Positions 1 to 10,997 of a DNA stretch of 64,000 bases are shown here, piece after piece. The stretch comes from Myxococcales bacterium. Lineage in GTDB: Bacteria; Myxococcota_A; Bradymonadia; UBA7976; UBA1532. The position numbers and the translations under genes were made by a program. The stretch is taken from assembly GCA_020633465.1 (NCBI GenBank), contig JACKDN010000006.1:111047-175046 (forward strand), in the 5' to 3' direction. The notes below the pieces were generated by a model. The model searched no databases, was not told where the DNA came from, and saw only the letters and a program-made list of their open reading frames with translations. Position 1 is the stretch's first letter, and every line of letters starts with the position of its first letter.

Positions 1-1178
1 AGACGTGGGCCGGCGTCGAGGCCCTCGTCGCGACCGGCGAGGGCGACGCCGAGGCGCTGGCCGGCGAGCTGGTGGCCTGGCTCGACGGCCGGCCGGTGGG
101 TGATCTGGACGCCGTGCTCGACGCCCTGCGCGATCGCGGCGCCTACCCGATCAGCGTGGTGTTGTTGGAGCACGCCTGGAACGCGCAGCTGCCCCTCGAC
201 GCCGCCGGGCGCGTGGCCGAGGACTGGCTGGGCACCGTGCTGCACGGCCTGGGCGATCGAGAGGGCGCGCGCGTCGTCGCCCGCCACCTGGTCGCCGGCG
301 CCGTCGAGCGCGGCCCCGCCTTCGCCGGCGATCTGGGCGACCTGCTGATGACGATGACCCTGTTCGACGAGGCGCGCCCCTTGGTCGAAGAGGCGGTGGC
401 GCGCCACCCCGGCGACCTCACCCACCGCTTCAACCTGGGCGTGCTGCAGAAGATGGCCGGCGAGTGGGCGGGCTGCCGGGCCAGCTTCGACACCGTGGCG
501 CGCCTGCGCGGCGATCCCGCCGCGTGGTGGAACCTGGGCATCGCCTGCACCGCGCTGAGCGACTGGTCCGCGGCGCGCGCGGCCTGGCGCAAGGTGGGCT
601 TCGAGATGCCGCCGGGCGAGGGCGACTTCGCCCGCCCCGGGCAGGCGACGCCGGTGCGGCTGCGGGCGCCGGCCGACGCGCCGGTGCAGAGCGAGATCGT
701 CTGGGGCGACCGCCTGTGCCCCGCGCGCGTGCGCCTGCGCAACATCCCCCGCTTCGCGGCGGCCGGCTTCGGCGACGTCGTGCTCATCGACGGCGTCGCC
801 GCCGGCGAGGTGCGGGGCGCCGATGGCCAGAAGGCCACCGTGCACGCCGCGCTGGGGGTCCACGCCCGCTACGGCGGGCGCGCCTTCGCGCTGCGCGCCG
901 TCGACGGCGGGCCGGCCCACCGCGAGGCCGCCGCGCGCCTGGCCGAGCGCCTCGCCCAGGCCGGCTGGCCCGCGGCGGATCACACGCCCTTCGGTGACGA
1001 GCCGGGCCTGCGGGTGGTGCTGGTGGTGCCGCCCGGCGCCGAGGCCGCGACGGCCTTGGCGGCGGTGGACGAGCTGCGCGGCCCGATCGCCTGGTGGTCG
1101 CCGGCGCTGGCCGAGGCCGCCGGCGCCGACGCCGCCACGCACCGGGCCGCCCTCGACGACGCGGGGCTCGCGCCATGA
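1..1178 (+). CDS. hypothetical protein, 5'-partial (continues upstream of window)
   Basis: Frame of ORF 72..1178 is open back to nt 3 and reads protein-like (..EALVATGEGDAEALAGELVAWLDG..), with high GC3. No recognisable family. Confidence 0.5.
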   Translation, partial: TWAGVEALVATGEGDAEALAGELVAWLDGRPVGDLDAVLDALRDRGAYPISVVLLEHAWNAQLPLDAAGRVAEDWLGTVLHGLGDREGARVVARHLVAGAVERGPAFAGDLGDLLMTMTLFDEARPLVEEAVARHPGDLTHRFNLGVLQKMAGEWAGCRASFDTVARLRGDPAAWWNLGIACTALSDWSAARAAWRKVGFEMPPGEGDFARPGQATPVRLRAPADAPVQSEIVWGDRLCPARVRLRNIPRFAAAGFGDVVLIDGVAAGEVRGADGQKATVHAALGVHARYGGRAFALRAVDGGPAHREAAARLAERLAQAGWPAADHTPFGDEPGLRVVLVVPPGAEAATALAAVDELRGPIAWWSPALAEAAGADAATHRAALDDAGLAP

Positions 1179-1435
1179 AGCGATCGACCTACCTGAACCT
1201 CTGCTTCTATCTGACCCTGGCCACCGTGGTGACGGCGATGATCGTCAAGCTGGTGCGCGATCCCAGCGGCGCCGGCGGACCGGGCGGCGGGACGCTGGTG
1301 CTGGCCAGCCCGATCTTCTTCGTGATGGCGGCCAAGCGCGCGACGCGCTTCGGCGGCGCGGCGGTGGTCATCGCGACCATCGGCCTGCTGTTCGGGTTGG
1401 GCGCGGCCGCCGCCGTGCTGAGCGGCGGCGGCTGA
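1175..1435 (+). CDS. small membrane protein (2 TM helices)
   Basis: ATG at 1175 overlaps upstream stop (ATGA). Product MKRSTYLNLCFYLTLATVVTAMIVKL..., hydrophobic segments. Confidence 0.5.
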   Translation: MKRSTYLNLCFYLTLATVVTAMIVKLVRDPSGAGGPGGGTLVLASPIFFVMAAKRATRFGGAAVVIATIGLLFGLGAAAAVLSGGG

Positions 1436-1451
1436 CCGACCGAGGGAAACC

Positions 1452-2694
<1,243 letters not shown>

Positions 2695-2698
<4 letters not shown>

Positions 2699-2991
2699 AA
2701 CGAGATGCCGCCGAACATGAACAACACCATCGCGATGACCAGCAGCCAGAGGACCGCGCTGATCCAGCCGCCCGACTTCTTGGCGCCGCCCCCGCTGGCC
2801 ACCTTCTGGAAGCCGCCGCGCATGCCGGTGAGGAAGCCGCCGCCGCCGTCGAACTCGACCTTCTCGGGCAGGCCCTCGCCCGGCGCCTCGTTGCGCCGCA
2901 CCGCGTCGTGCGCCTCGACCCGCTCGGCCCGCTTGGCGGCGGTGACCTGCGCGGCCTTGCTCTTCACGCGCTTCTTCTTCTTGCTGCTCAT
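2695..2991 (-). CDS. small basic membrane protein (hypothetical)
   Basis: MSSKKKKRVKSKAAQ... with a C-terminal TM helix. 4-nt overlap with the downstream gene. Confidence 0.5.
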
Positions 2992-3950
2992 GGCGACGTC
3001 CGACCCAGCCGTACGCTCCAGTCGACCCGCGGGCAGTGCCGCGTCCGCCAGACGGCCAGGGCCTGGCGCGTGCTGTAGCGCGGCCGGAAGCCGGTCGCCC
3101 GCGCGAAGCGGGCGCAGGACATGGCCGCGGTCTCGTGGAACCAACCGGGATCAGCGTAGCGCGTCGGCAGCCCGTGCGCGCGCAGCAAGGCCGCCAGGGC
3201 CGTGCGCATCAGCCACGGGGGCAGCCGCACCAGCCGCTTCTCGAGGATGCCGGCCACCACCTCGAAGTCGATGGGCTCGGGCCCGGCCACGTTGAAGGCG
3301 CCGCGCAGCTCCGGATGCGCCGCCGCCACCAGCAGCGCGTCGGCCGCGTCGTGCACGTGGACGAACTGCACCGATCGCCCCGCCTCGGCCGGCCCCAGCA
3401 GCCAGGGCAGATCGAGCACCGCGTCGATGGGCCGCCCCCGGTCGGGGCCCAGGATGGCCGGCAGCCGCATGCACACCAGCTCGCGGCTGGGCTGCTCCTT
3501 CCAGATCTGCCCCCACATCCGCTCGGTCCGCAGCTTGGCGGCCAGCGGGGGCGAGCGCTGCGCCTCGACCGCGCGCAGGGGGTCGTCCTCGCCGCGCAGC
3601 CCCTCGCCGGGCGCGTACACCCAGTCCCGGCTGACCACCACCAGGCGGCGCGTCTCGGCCAGCGCCGTCGCCTCCAGCAGGCGGCGCGTGACCGCCGGCT
3701 CGTCCCGCGCGCCGCGCGCCGCGACGCCGTCGGCGTACTCGAGGTGCAGCACGACGTCGACCATGTCGCACACCAGCAGGTCGGCCAGATCGACCGTGCG
3801 CAGATCGGCCTGCACGAAGTGCACGGGGCCCAGCAGGCGGGGGACGTCGCGGTCGATGCCGAAGACGCGCCGGAAGGGGTTCTCGTGCATCAGGCGCTCG
3901 GCGATCGCCTGGCCCAGGGGGCCCGCGAAGCCGGTGATGAGCAGGTTCAC
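2988..3950 (-). CDS. NAD-dependent epimerase/dehydratase family protein
   Basis: N-terminal VNLLITGFAGPLGQAIAERL Rossmann motif, ~320 aa. GTG start overlaps upstream stop (GTGA). Confidence 0.7.
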   Translation of the reverse strand: MNLLITGFAGPLGQAIAERLMHENPFRRVFGIDRDVPRLLGPVHFVQADLRTVDLADLLVCDMVDVVLHLEYADGVAARGARDEPAVTRRLLEATALAETRRLVVVSRDWVYAPGEGLRGEDDPLRAVEAQRSPPLAAKLRTERMWGQIWKEQPSRELVCMRLPAILGPDRGRPIDAVLDLPWLLGPAEAGRSVQFVHVHDAADALLVAAAHPELRGAFNVAGPEPIDFEVVAGILEKRLVRLPPWLMRTALAALLRAHGLPTRYADPGWFHETAAMSCARFARATGFRPRYSTRQALAVWRTRHCPRVDWSVRLGRTSP

Positions 3951-4861
3951 GCCGGTGGCCTCTCGTAGGTCAGCTCGCGCCGATGATCGACGAAGCCGAG
4001 CGTCGCGTACAGGTGCACGGCCGGGGCGTTGGCGGCGTCCACCGCCAGCTCGACCGTGTGGAAGCCCTGCTGCGCCAGCGCGTGCAGCGCGGCGACGGTC
4101 AAGAGGCGGCCCAGCCCCCTGCCCTGCGCGTCCGGCCGCACCTGCACCGCGTGCAGCACGCCGACGCCGGCGTGAAAGGGCAGCGTCTGGAAGGCGCCGA
4201 GCAGCGCGTCGTCGGCCTCGAGCACCACCGTGCGGCCGCCGGGCGCCGACGCGGTCTGCAGAAGCTCGTCGGGCTCGAGGGGGGCGAAGCCGAAGGCCCC
4301 CGCGTGGGCCGCGTTGTGCAGGGCGGCCAGCGCGGCGGCCTCGGCGGGCAGCCGGGCGTCGCGCAGCTGCGTGCCCGCGGGGGGCGCGCCCGCGGGCGGG
4401 GGCACGCCGGCGCGCCGCATGACCCGGGTGGTCTGCACCAAGACGTAGCCGCGCCGCGCCAGCAGGGCGCTCAGCCGCGCCGCCTCGGCGTCGTCCAGCA
4501 CGGTGCGCAGGGCCACCTCGCCGGGCGCGTCGAGCGCCTCGACCGCGTCCAGCAGCCGCCGCCCGACCCCCCGACCGCGCGCCGCCGGCGCGACGGCGAC
4601 GCGGAAGCCGCGCACCGGAAAGGGCCGATCGGCCACCGCGTGGCGGCTGGACAGCAGGGCCCCGGTCAGGCGCCCGTCGTCGTCCTCGCACAGCAGGAAG
4701 GCGCGCCCGCCCTCGCGATCGATCTGCGCGACGAAGGCCGCGAAGGCGTCGTCCTCGGGCCCCGCGCCCTCGGCGTCGGCCGGCTGCGTGGCGCGCAGCA
4801 GGGCGGCCACCCGGGGCAGATCGGCGTCGGTCGCGGGTCGGAGGACGGCCACGGGGGGCAT
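3947..4861 (-). CDS. GNAT family N-acetyltransferase (tandem GNAT domains, MshD-like)
   Basis: Two acetyl-CoA binding motifs (VAPAARGRGVGRRLL; VRPDAQGRGLGRLL). Confidence 0.8.
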   Translation of the reverse strand: MPPVAVLRPATDADLPRVAALLRATQPADAEGAGPEDDAFAAFVAQIDREGGRAFLLCEDDDGRLTGALLSSRHAVADRPFPVRGFRVAVAPAARGRGVGRRLLDAVEALDAPGEVALRTVLDDAEAARLSALLARRGYVLVQTTRVMRRAGVPPPAGAPPAGTQLRDARLPAEAAALAALHNAAHAGAFGFAPLEPDELLQTASAPGGRTVVLEADDALLGAFQTLPFHAGVGVLHAVQVRPDAQGRGLGRLLTVAALHALAQQGFHTVELAVDAANAPAVHLYATLGFVDHRRELTYERPPA

Positions 4862-4883
4862 CCTACTCGCGGGGGGGCGGCGG

Positions 4884-5684
4884 TCAATCGAGGCAGCCGC
4901 CGAGGCGCCCGGGGCGGCGACAGAGGCGCCCCGAGCAGCCGTGGCCCTCCAGGCAGCCGCTGACGCAGCCGGTCAGATCGCTCCAGCCGAGCACCCCGTC
5001 GTCCTGCTCGACGCAGTACCGCGCGCTCAGGCCCTCGCAGACGGCGGCGCCGCGCTGCCGGCAGCCCCCGGGCCGCACGCAGCCCTGCCCGTCGAGGCAG
5101 CTCGAACCCTCGGGGCACATCTCGGGCACCGACCACACGAAGTCGATGCCCTGGGCCACGCAGCGCTGCAGCAGGCCGTCGGTGCACTTCGGCCCCGCGT
5201 CGAGGTCGCACAGGCGCCCGACGTCCTGCGCCGCGGGACAGCCGCGGCCGTGCACGCAGGTCAGCTGCGCCGGACACCGCTGCGTGAAGGTCCAGGGGCC
5301 GCCGGCCTCGCAGGTGAAGACGTCCTGGCCGACGCAGGCGATCGAGCCGTCGGCGCCGCATCGCGGCAGCGCCACGCAGCCGCGCCCGATGGCGCACTGG
5401 GTGCCGGCCTCGCAGGCGCCGCGGTCGATGTAGCGCCCGCCCGCGTAGCCGTCCTGGCAGTACAGGGCGTGATCGCCGTCGCAGCTCCAGGTGCCGGGCT
5501 GATCGCAGGGGGCCGCGGTCGAGGTGTGCGGGGGTGCCGGAGGGTCGGGATCGTCGGCCTTGGGATCGGGCCGGGTGTCGGTGGCGGGGGGCGGGGCCGC
5601 GCCGCCGTCGCTGGGGGGCGCGTCGGCGGGAGGCTCACAGGCCCAGAGCGCGAAGACGATGAACCAGCAACGTTCGAGCTTCAT
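4884..5684 (-). CDS. Cys-rich secreted lipoprotein (hypothetical)
   Basis: Signal/lipobox MKLERCWFIVFALWAC followed by >25 Cys in EGF-like spacing. Confidence 0.6.
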   Translation of the reverse strand: MKLERCWFIVFALWACEPPADAPPSDGGAAPPPATDTRPDPKADDPDPPAPPHTSTAAPCDQPGTWSCDGDHALYCQDGYAGGRYIDRGACEAGTQCAIGRGCVALPRCGADGSIACVGQDVFTCEAGGPWTFTQRCPAQLTCVHGRGCPAAQDVGRLCDLDAGPKCTDGLLQRCVAQGIDFVWSVPEMCPEGSSCLDGQGCVRPGGCRQRGAAVCEGLSARYCVEQDDGVLGWSDLTGCVSGCLEGHGCSGRLCRRPGRLGGCLD

Positions 5685-5813
5685 CGTTCGACCCTCCCCG
5701 AAAACGATACGGCGAAGGCGCCCTTCGATTTGAGTTTTCTCGGCCGTTGGTGGGCGCCGACCCCGCAACATCCCGGGTTGACGCCCCCCCGAACCCGGAG
5801 GACACTCCCCGGC

Positions 5814-6476
5814 GTGGAGTGGCTGGAACCCGAGGAAGAGGCGCCGGACTTCGTCGACGCGGAGCGTCTGTTCGGCGTGCTGGAGGCCGTGCGCGACGGG
5901 CCCAACCTGTACGAGTGCGCCACCGACAAGTTCCCGGTGCCCGACGAGACGCCCGTGCCCTTCGACGAGCCCGCCTACGACTGGCTGGTGGCCGAGGAGT
6001 TCATCGACGTGCCGCTCGAGCTGCGCAACGCGATCGAGCGCTTCCGGCACCTCGAAGAGAACAGCGAGCGCACGCGCGAGACGCTGACCGACGTGTACCG
6101 GCGGCTGCGCACGCTGGCGGTGCAGCTGCGGGCCGCCGACAAGGAGCTCGAGCGCGGGGGCTTCCTGAAGTCGAAGCAGCAGAAGTGGGGCGAGCAGACC
6201 CGGCGCGACGAGCTCGCGACGCAGATGGACGATCTGACGCTGACGCGCCGGCGCCTGGAGAGCGACCTCGAGAAGGCCGGCACGCTGCTGCGCGACCTGC
6301 TCGACCGCATCTACCGCGATCAGGGGCTGCGCGAGGCGCACTGGATCTGGGGCCGCCCGGTGCGCATCACACACCACGGCCGCTTCCTGCTCGACTACCT
6401 GGCCGACATGAACCCGGCCAACTTCCGCGGCCGCTCGCTGGCCGAGATCATCGAGATCGGCCCGTCGTTGGCTTGA
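5814..6476 (+). CDS. hypothetical protein
   Basis: Strong GC3 bias, protein-like composition, GTG start with GGAGGA upstream. No family recognised. Confidence 0.5.
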   Translation: MEWLEPEEEAPDFVDAERLFGVLEAVRDGPNLYECATDKFPVPDETPVPFDEPAYDWLVAEEFIDVPLELRNAIERFRHLEENSERTRETLTDVYRRLRTLAVQLRAADKELERGGFLKSKQQKWGEQTRRDELATQMDDLTLTRRRLESDLEKAGTLLRDLLDRIYRDQGLREAHWIWGRPVRITHHGRFLLDYLADMNPANFRGRSLAEIIEIGPSLA

Positions 6477-6552
6477 CCGCCGGACCGACCGCGCCGCGGC
6501 GGGACGACCAAGTGCCGAGGGTGTCGGTGACCCCTCTGATCGGAGCGCCGCC

Positions 6553-7572
6553 GTGACCCGCAACGAATGTCTCCACGCCGGCGGCGCCGTCTTCGACGGC
6601 GACGTCGTGCGCAGCCACGGCGATGCCGGGGCCGAGGTGCTCCACGCCGAGGGTGGCGCGCTGCTGGTGGCTCTGGGCCACCACGACCGCCTGCGCATCG
6701 CCGGACCGGACGCCGCCGGCTTCCTGAACCGGCTGCTGACCGTCGACGTGCTGCACCTGGCGCCGGGCCAGGGCGCGCGGCCCTTCCTGCTGGACGCCAA
6801 GGGCAAGATCCTGTTGGCCTTTCACCTGCTGCGGGTCGACGAGCAGACGTACCTGGTCGAGTGCAGCGCGGGGCACGGCGAGGACGTCGCGGCGCGGCTG
6901 GACATGTTCCACTTCGGCGAGGCGCTGACCATCGAGCCCGTCGACGACGCCTTCACGGTGATCACGCTGCAGGGCGGCGGCGCGGCCGGCGTGCTCGAAG
7001 CGCTCGACGTGCGGCCGCCCGAGGCGGCGTGGGCCCACGCCGAGGCGACGATCGCGGGCCACCCGGTGCGCGTGGCCCGCGTCGACCGCGCGGGGCTGCC
7101 CGGCTTCGACCTGTGGCTGGCGCCCGACGCCTTCGCCGCCGTCTGGCAGGCCGCGCGGGACGCCGGCGCGACACCCTCGGGTGTGGACGCGCTGGAGGTG
7201 CTGCGCGTCGACCACGGCGTGCCCGGCCACCCCAACGAGTTCGGCCCGCACGCGGTGCCGCTCGAGCTGAGCGTCGAGGACGGCTACACCGAGGGCAAGG
7301 GCTGCTATCCCGGGCAGGAGGTCATCGAGCGGACGCTGGCGCTGGGCCGTCCGGCGCGCCAGCTGCTGCGGCTGACGCTCGACGGCCCGGCCGACGTCGG
7401 GGCCGACCTGCTGAGCGAGGGCCGCGTCGCCGGCGTGCTGACCAGCGTGGCGACGCGCCCGGACGGCGTCGTCGTGGGCCTGGCCCTGGTGAAGCGCAAG
7501 TACCTGGACGCCGAGGCGTTCACCTGCGGCGACGTCGCCGCCCACCCCCGAACCACGAGCCCCGCCGCATGA
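6553..7572 (+). CDS. ygfZ: folate-binding protein YgfZ (aminomethyltransferase-like)
   Basis: KGCYPGQEV signature motif and GcvT-like fold, 339 aa. Confidence 0.85.
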   Translation: MTRNECLHAGGAVFDGDVVRSHGDAGAEVLHAEGGALLVALGHHDRLRIAGPDAAGFLNRLLTVDVLHLAPGQGARPFLLDAKGKILLAFHLLRVDEQTYLVECSAGHGEDVAARLDMFHFGEALTIEPVDDAFTVITLQGGGAAGVLEALDVRPPEAAWAHAEATIAGHPVRVARVDRAGLPGFDLWLAPDAFAAVWQAARDAGATPSGVDALEVLRVDHGVPGHPNEFGPHAVPLELSVEDGYTEGKGCYPGQEVIERTLALGRPARQLLRLTLDGPADVGADLLSEGRVAGVLTSVATRPDGVVVGLALVKRKYLDAEAFTCGDVAAHPRTTSPAA

Positions 7573-8267
7573 CCGAGTACGAGAAGTACATCCGCACTGC
7601 CGAGCTGCTGGCGCTGCAGAAGCCGCGCGACGCGCAGGTATGCCACGACGAGCTCGCTTTCCAGGTGGTGCACCAGGTCGAAGAGCTGTGGATGAAGCTG
7701 GCGCTGCAGGAGGTCGACCTGCTGGTCGAGCGCATCGACGCCGACCGACTGGTCGAAGCGATGGACGTACTGAAGCGGCTGCGCGAGATCCTGCGGCTGA
7801 TGGCCGGGCAGATGGTGATCCTCGAGACCCTGTCGCCGCGCAGCTACTTCACCATCCGCGGGGCGCTGGGGCGCGGCAGCGGCCAGGAGTCGCCGGGGTT
7901 CAACCAGATGCTCGAGACGCGGCGGCCCATCCGGCGGGCGCTGCGCGATCTGTTCGAGCGGCGGTCGGTGGATCTGCTGGCGCTGCACCGCGATCCCAGC
8001 GCCGATCCCGAGGTGTTCGCGCTCACCGAGGCGCTGGTCGACTACGACGAGGGCTTCCAGCACTTCCGCTACCGGCACCTGGCGCTGGTGCGCCGCATCA
8101 TCGGGGGCCGCACGCCTTCGCTGAAGGGCGCGCCCGCCGAGCTGCTCGAGCACGGGGTGCGGCAGTCGTTCTTCCCCGAGCTGTGGCAGGTGCGCGAGGC
8201 GCTGTTCCGCGACTTCACGCCGGGGCGGCCGCTGTTCGACGACACCGATCCGCCGGGCGCGCACTGA
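7569..8267 (+). CDS. tryptophan 2,3-dioxygenase family protein
   Basis: YIRTAELLALQKP...HDELAFQVVHQVEELWMKL matches the TDO N-terminal helices. ATG overlaps ygfZ stop (ATGA). Confidence 0.65.
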   Translation: MTEYEKYIRTAELLALQKPRDAQVCHDELAFQVVHQVEELWMKLALQEVDLLVERIDADRLVEAMDVLKRLREILRLMAGQMVILETLSPRSYFTIRGALGRGSGQESPGFNQMLETRRPIRRALRDLFERRSVDLLALHRDPSADPEVFALTEALVDYDEGFQHFRYRHLALVRRIIGGRTPSLKGAPAELLEHGVRQSFFPELWQVREALFRDFTPGRPLFDDTDPPGAH

Positions 8268-9616
8268 TGGCGAAGGACTGGGAGCGCCTCGGCGGCGAGA
8301 CGGGCAAGAAGGTCGACACCAGTCGCCTGGGGCGGGCCATGCGCCTGGGCCGCCTGGGCGCGCGCTTCGCGGGCTCGGCGATCAAGGCCGGCCTGTCGCG
8401 GCGCGGCGACGACGAGGGCGAGGGCCTCGACACGATGGCGCGCGCGGCGATGAAGAACGCCGAGCACATCGTGGACGTGATGGGCCAGATGAAGGGCGCC
8501 GCCATGAAGGTCGGCCAGCTTCTGTCGGCCGATCCCGACCTGGTGGCGCCCGAGTTCGCCGACGCCCTGACGCGGCTGCAGCGCGAGGCGCCGCCGATGA
8601 CCTTCCAGACGGTCAGCGAGGTCATCGAGGGCGCGCTCGACCGCCCGCTGTCCGACGTGTTCCGCTTCTTCGACCCCACGCCGCTGGGCGCCGCGAGCAT
8701 CGGCCAGGTGCACCGCGCGACGCTGTTCGACGGGCGCGAGGTGGCGGTCAAGGTGCAGTACCCGGGCATCGCCGACAGCCTCGACAGCGACCTGCGCAAC
8801 CTGGCCGGGCTGATGAAGTTCAGCCGCGTGTTCATGACCAAGGACCGCGCCGACGCCTTCGTGAAGGAGGCACGCGAGGCCATCCTCATCGAGGCCGACT
8901 ACACGCGCGAGGCCGCCAACCTGGCGCGCTTCCGCGAGCTGTTGGCCGACTGGCCCGACGTCGTGGTGCCCGAGCCCGTGCCCGAGCTCAGCCGCGCCAA
9001 CCTGCTGGTGATGCAGTTCGTCGAGGGATCGAAGTTCGACGACGCCGTCATCGCCATCGAGGACCGCGACCGCCGCAGCGCCCTGGTGTCCCGCTTCGTC
9101 GAGCTGTTCGTGTTCATGTTCCACGAGCTGAACGAGCTGCACGCCGATCCGCACCCGGGCAACTTCATGCTGACGCCCGACCAGCGCATCGTGCTGCTCG
9201 ACTTCGGCTGCATCCGCGCCTTCCGGCCCGAGCTGGCCGACGGCGTGCTCGAGATGCTGGTCGCCTTCTGGGACGACGACATGGAGGCGCTCGCCGCCAT
9301 CTTCCGCCGCTTCGGCTTCGGCCGCGAGGGCATGGTGTACCCCGACGCCGAGGTGCTGCGGACGTACCACCGGATGATCCTCGAGCCCCTGCTGGTGGAC
9401 GCCCCCTTCAACTTCTCGACCTTCAGCGTGCACCAGAAGGCGCGCGCCTTCATCCGGCAGCACCCGAGCTTCCTGAAGATGGTCCCGCCCGCCGAGCTGC
9501 TGCTGTACTTCCGGGTGATCGCGGGCGTGAAGGGCCTGCTGACGCGCATCGACGCCGACGTGAACCTGCGAGCGATGGCCGAGGCGACCTGCCGGCACCG
9601 GGGGATCCTGCCGTGA
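8267..9616 (+). CDS. ABC1/UbiB family atypical protein kinase
   Basis: AASIGQVHRA..VAVKVQYPG and ADPHPGNF motifs. Start overlaps upstream stop. Confidence 0.85.
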   Translation: MAKDWERLGGETGKKVDTSRLGRAMRLGRLGARFAGSAIKAGLSRRGDDEGEGLDTMARAAMKNAEHIVDVMGQMKGAAMKVGQLLSADPDLVAPEFADALTRLQREAPPMTFQTVSEVIEGALDRPLSDVFRFFDPTPLGAASIGQVHRATLFDGREVAVKVQYPGIADSLDSDLRNLAGLMKFSRVFMTKDRADAFVKEAREAILIEADYTREAANLARFRELLADWPDVVVPEPVPELSRANLLVMQFVEGSKFDDAVIAIEDRDRRSALVSRFVELFVFMFHELNELHADPHPGNFMLTPDQRIVLLDFGCIRAFRPELADGVLEMLVAFWDDDMEALAAIFRRFGFGREGMVYPDAEVLRTYHRMILEPLLVDAPFNFSTFSVHQKARAFIRQHPSFLKMVPPAELLLYFRVIAGVKGLLTRIDADVNLRAMAEATCRHRGILP

Positions 9617-9735
9617 GCGCGCCCACCGAGAGCGCCGTGCCCGACGCCGCGCATCACGCCGTGAGTACACCCACCGAGATCGCGGTGCCCGGCGCCGCGC
9701 ACCGCCGCCGAGGCATCACGCCGTGAGTACCCCGA
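9613..9735 (+). repeat. three tandem copies (48, 62 and gene-borne) of the NUDIX gene 5' end, each beginning GTGAG(C/T)
   Basis: GTGAGCGCGCCCACCGAGAGCGCCGTGCCCGACGCCGCGCA / GTGAGTACACCCACCGAGATCGCGGTGCCCGGCGCCGCGCA / GTGAGTACCCCGACCGACGTGCCGGTGCGCGACGCCGCGAC. Confidence 0.7.
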
Positions 9736-10580
9736 CCGACGTGCCGGTGCGCGACGCCGCGACCGTGCTGCTGCTGCGCGGCGACAACCCCGCCGAGGTG
9801 TTCCTCGTCCGCCGCACGCGCAAGGCCGCCTTCATGGCCAACGCGATGGTGTTCCCCGGCGGCCGCCTCGACGACGCCGACGCCGACGACGCCCTCGCCG
9901 CCCGCTGCGACCTCAGCCGCGCCGAAGCCGCCGCGCGCCTCGACCTGGACGACGGCGCCCGCGCCCTCGCCCTGCTGATCGCCGGCGTGCGCGAGACCTT
10001 CGAAGAGGCCGGCGTCCTGCTCGCCCGCCGCGGCGACGCGCCCCTGACCTTCACCGATCCGACCGAGGCCGCGCGCTTCGACGCGCACCGCGACGCGCTC
10101 AACGCCGGCGAGACGACGCTGACCGCCATCGCCGAGGCCGAGGACCTCACCCTCGCGACCGCCGACCTGCGCTACCAGGCGCGCTGGATCACGCCGCCCA
10201 TCGAGAAGCGCCGCTTCGACGCACGCTTCTTCGCGGTGCGCACGCCGGCCGGCCAGCGGCCGCTGCACGAGGGGGTGGAGACGACCGCCAGCGCATGGAT
10301 GACTCCGCGGGCGACGGTGAGCGCGTACCGCGCCGGCGACCTGGAGCTGGCCCCCCCTACCCTGCGCATCCTCGACGAGCTCGCCGCGCTGGGCAGCGTC
10401 GAGGCGATCCTGGCGCACCGCGTCACGGCCCCGGCCGCGATCCAACCGCAACCCACCTTCGTCGACGGCGCCCTGCACCTGCTGCTGCCCGGGGATCCCG
10501 CCTTCGATCCGCCGGGCGCCGCCCCCAACCGCATCGTCCTGCGCGACGGCCGCTGGCACAGCGAGGGCCGCGGGTACTGA
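9723..10580 (+). CDS. NUDIX hydrolase (CoA pyrophosphatase-like)
   Basis: NUDIX box FPGGRLDD..E...A..RETFEEAGV, 285 aa. Confidence 0.8.
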   Translation: MSTPTDVPVRDAATVLLLRGDNPAEVFLVRRTRKAAFMANAMVFPGGRLDDADADDALAARCDLSRAEAAARLDLDDGARALALLIAGVRETFEEAGVLLARRGDAPLTFTDPTEAARFDAHRDALNAGETTLTAIAEAEDLTLATADLRYQARWITPPIEKRRFDARFFAVRTPAGQRPLHEGVETTASAWMTPRATVSAYRAGDLELAPPTLRILDELAALGSVEAILAHRVTAPAAIQPQPTFVDGALHLLLPGDPAFDPPGAAPNRIVLRDGRWHSEGRGY

Positions 10581-10640
10581 GGGGGCGGAGGACCGCGGCG
10601 CCGTGTAGGCGGGGTCGGGGTCGGCTGGGTCGGGCGGCCA
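10553..10640 (+). repeat. direct repeat DR1 (NUDIX 3' end and downstream)
   Basis: CTGGCACAGCGAGGGCCGCGGGTACTGA (28/28 identical) plus ~60 nt of similar sequence, repeated at 11548..11640. Confidence 0.7.
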
Positions 10641-10724
10641 CCCACCGATCGGACTCGGCCCGCGCGCCGGAAGCACCGCCCCCGCGTTTGACACACCCGC
10701 GCGCTGGCAGTACCCCTTACCATC

Positions 10725-10997
10725 ATGGTGCGCGAAATTACCATCGACGCCGCCGGGCGGCTCGTCATCCCCAAGTCGATGCGCGAACGCCTGCATCTCA
10801 CCGCCGGCACGCGGCTGTACATCAGCGAGGAAGGTGACCACCTCCTCATCTCGCCGGCACGTCCCGAGCCCGCGCTGGTCGAACGAGACGGGGTCCTCGG
10901 CATCGACGTCGGCGGGAACGCCGGGCGCCTCGCCGATCATGAGCAGGCGCGCGACGAGCGGCTGCGGGACTTGATCGATTACGCGCTGCGACGGTGA
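10725..10997 (+). CDS. vapB: AbrB/MazE/SpoVT-family antitoxin (VapB-like)
   Basis: IDAAGRLVIPKSMRERL swapped-hairpin motif. TTGACA -35-like box 35 nt upstream. Stop overlaps the PIN gene start. Confidence 0.8.
   Translation: MVREITIDAAGRLVIPKSMRERLHLTAGTRLYISEEGDHLLISPARPEPALVERDGVLGIDVGGNAGRLADHEQARDERLRDLIDYALRR

Noticed and set aside
10687-10722. Sigma70-like promoter (TTGACA ..17 nt.. TACCCC) upstream of the first AbrB antitoxin
   Set aside because: The -10 match is poor. Mentioned only as weak evidence in the feature.
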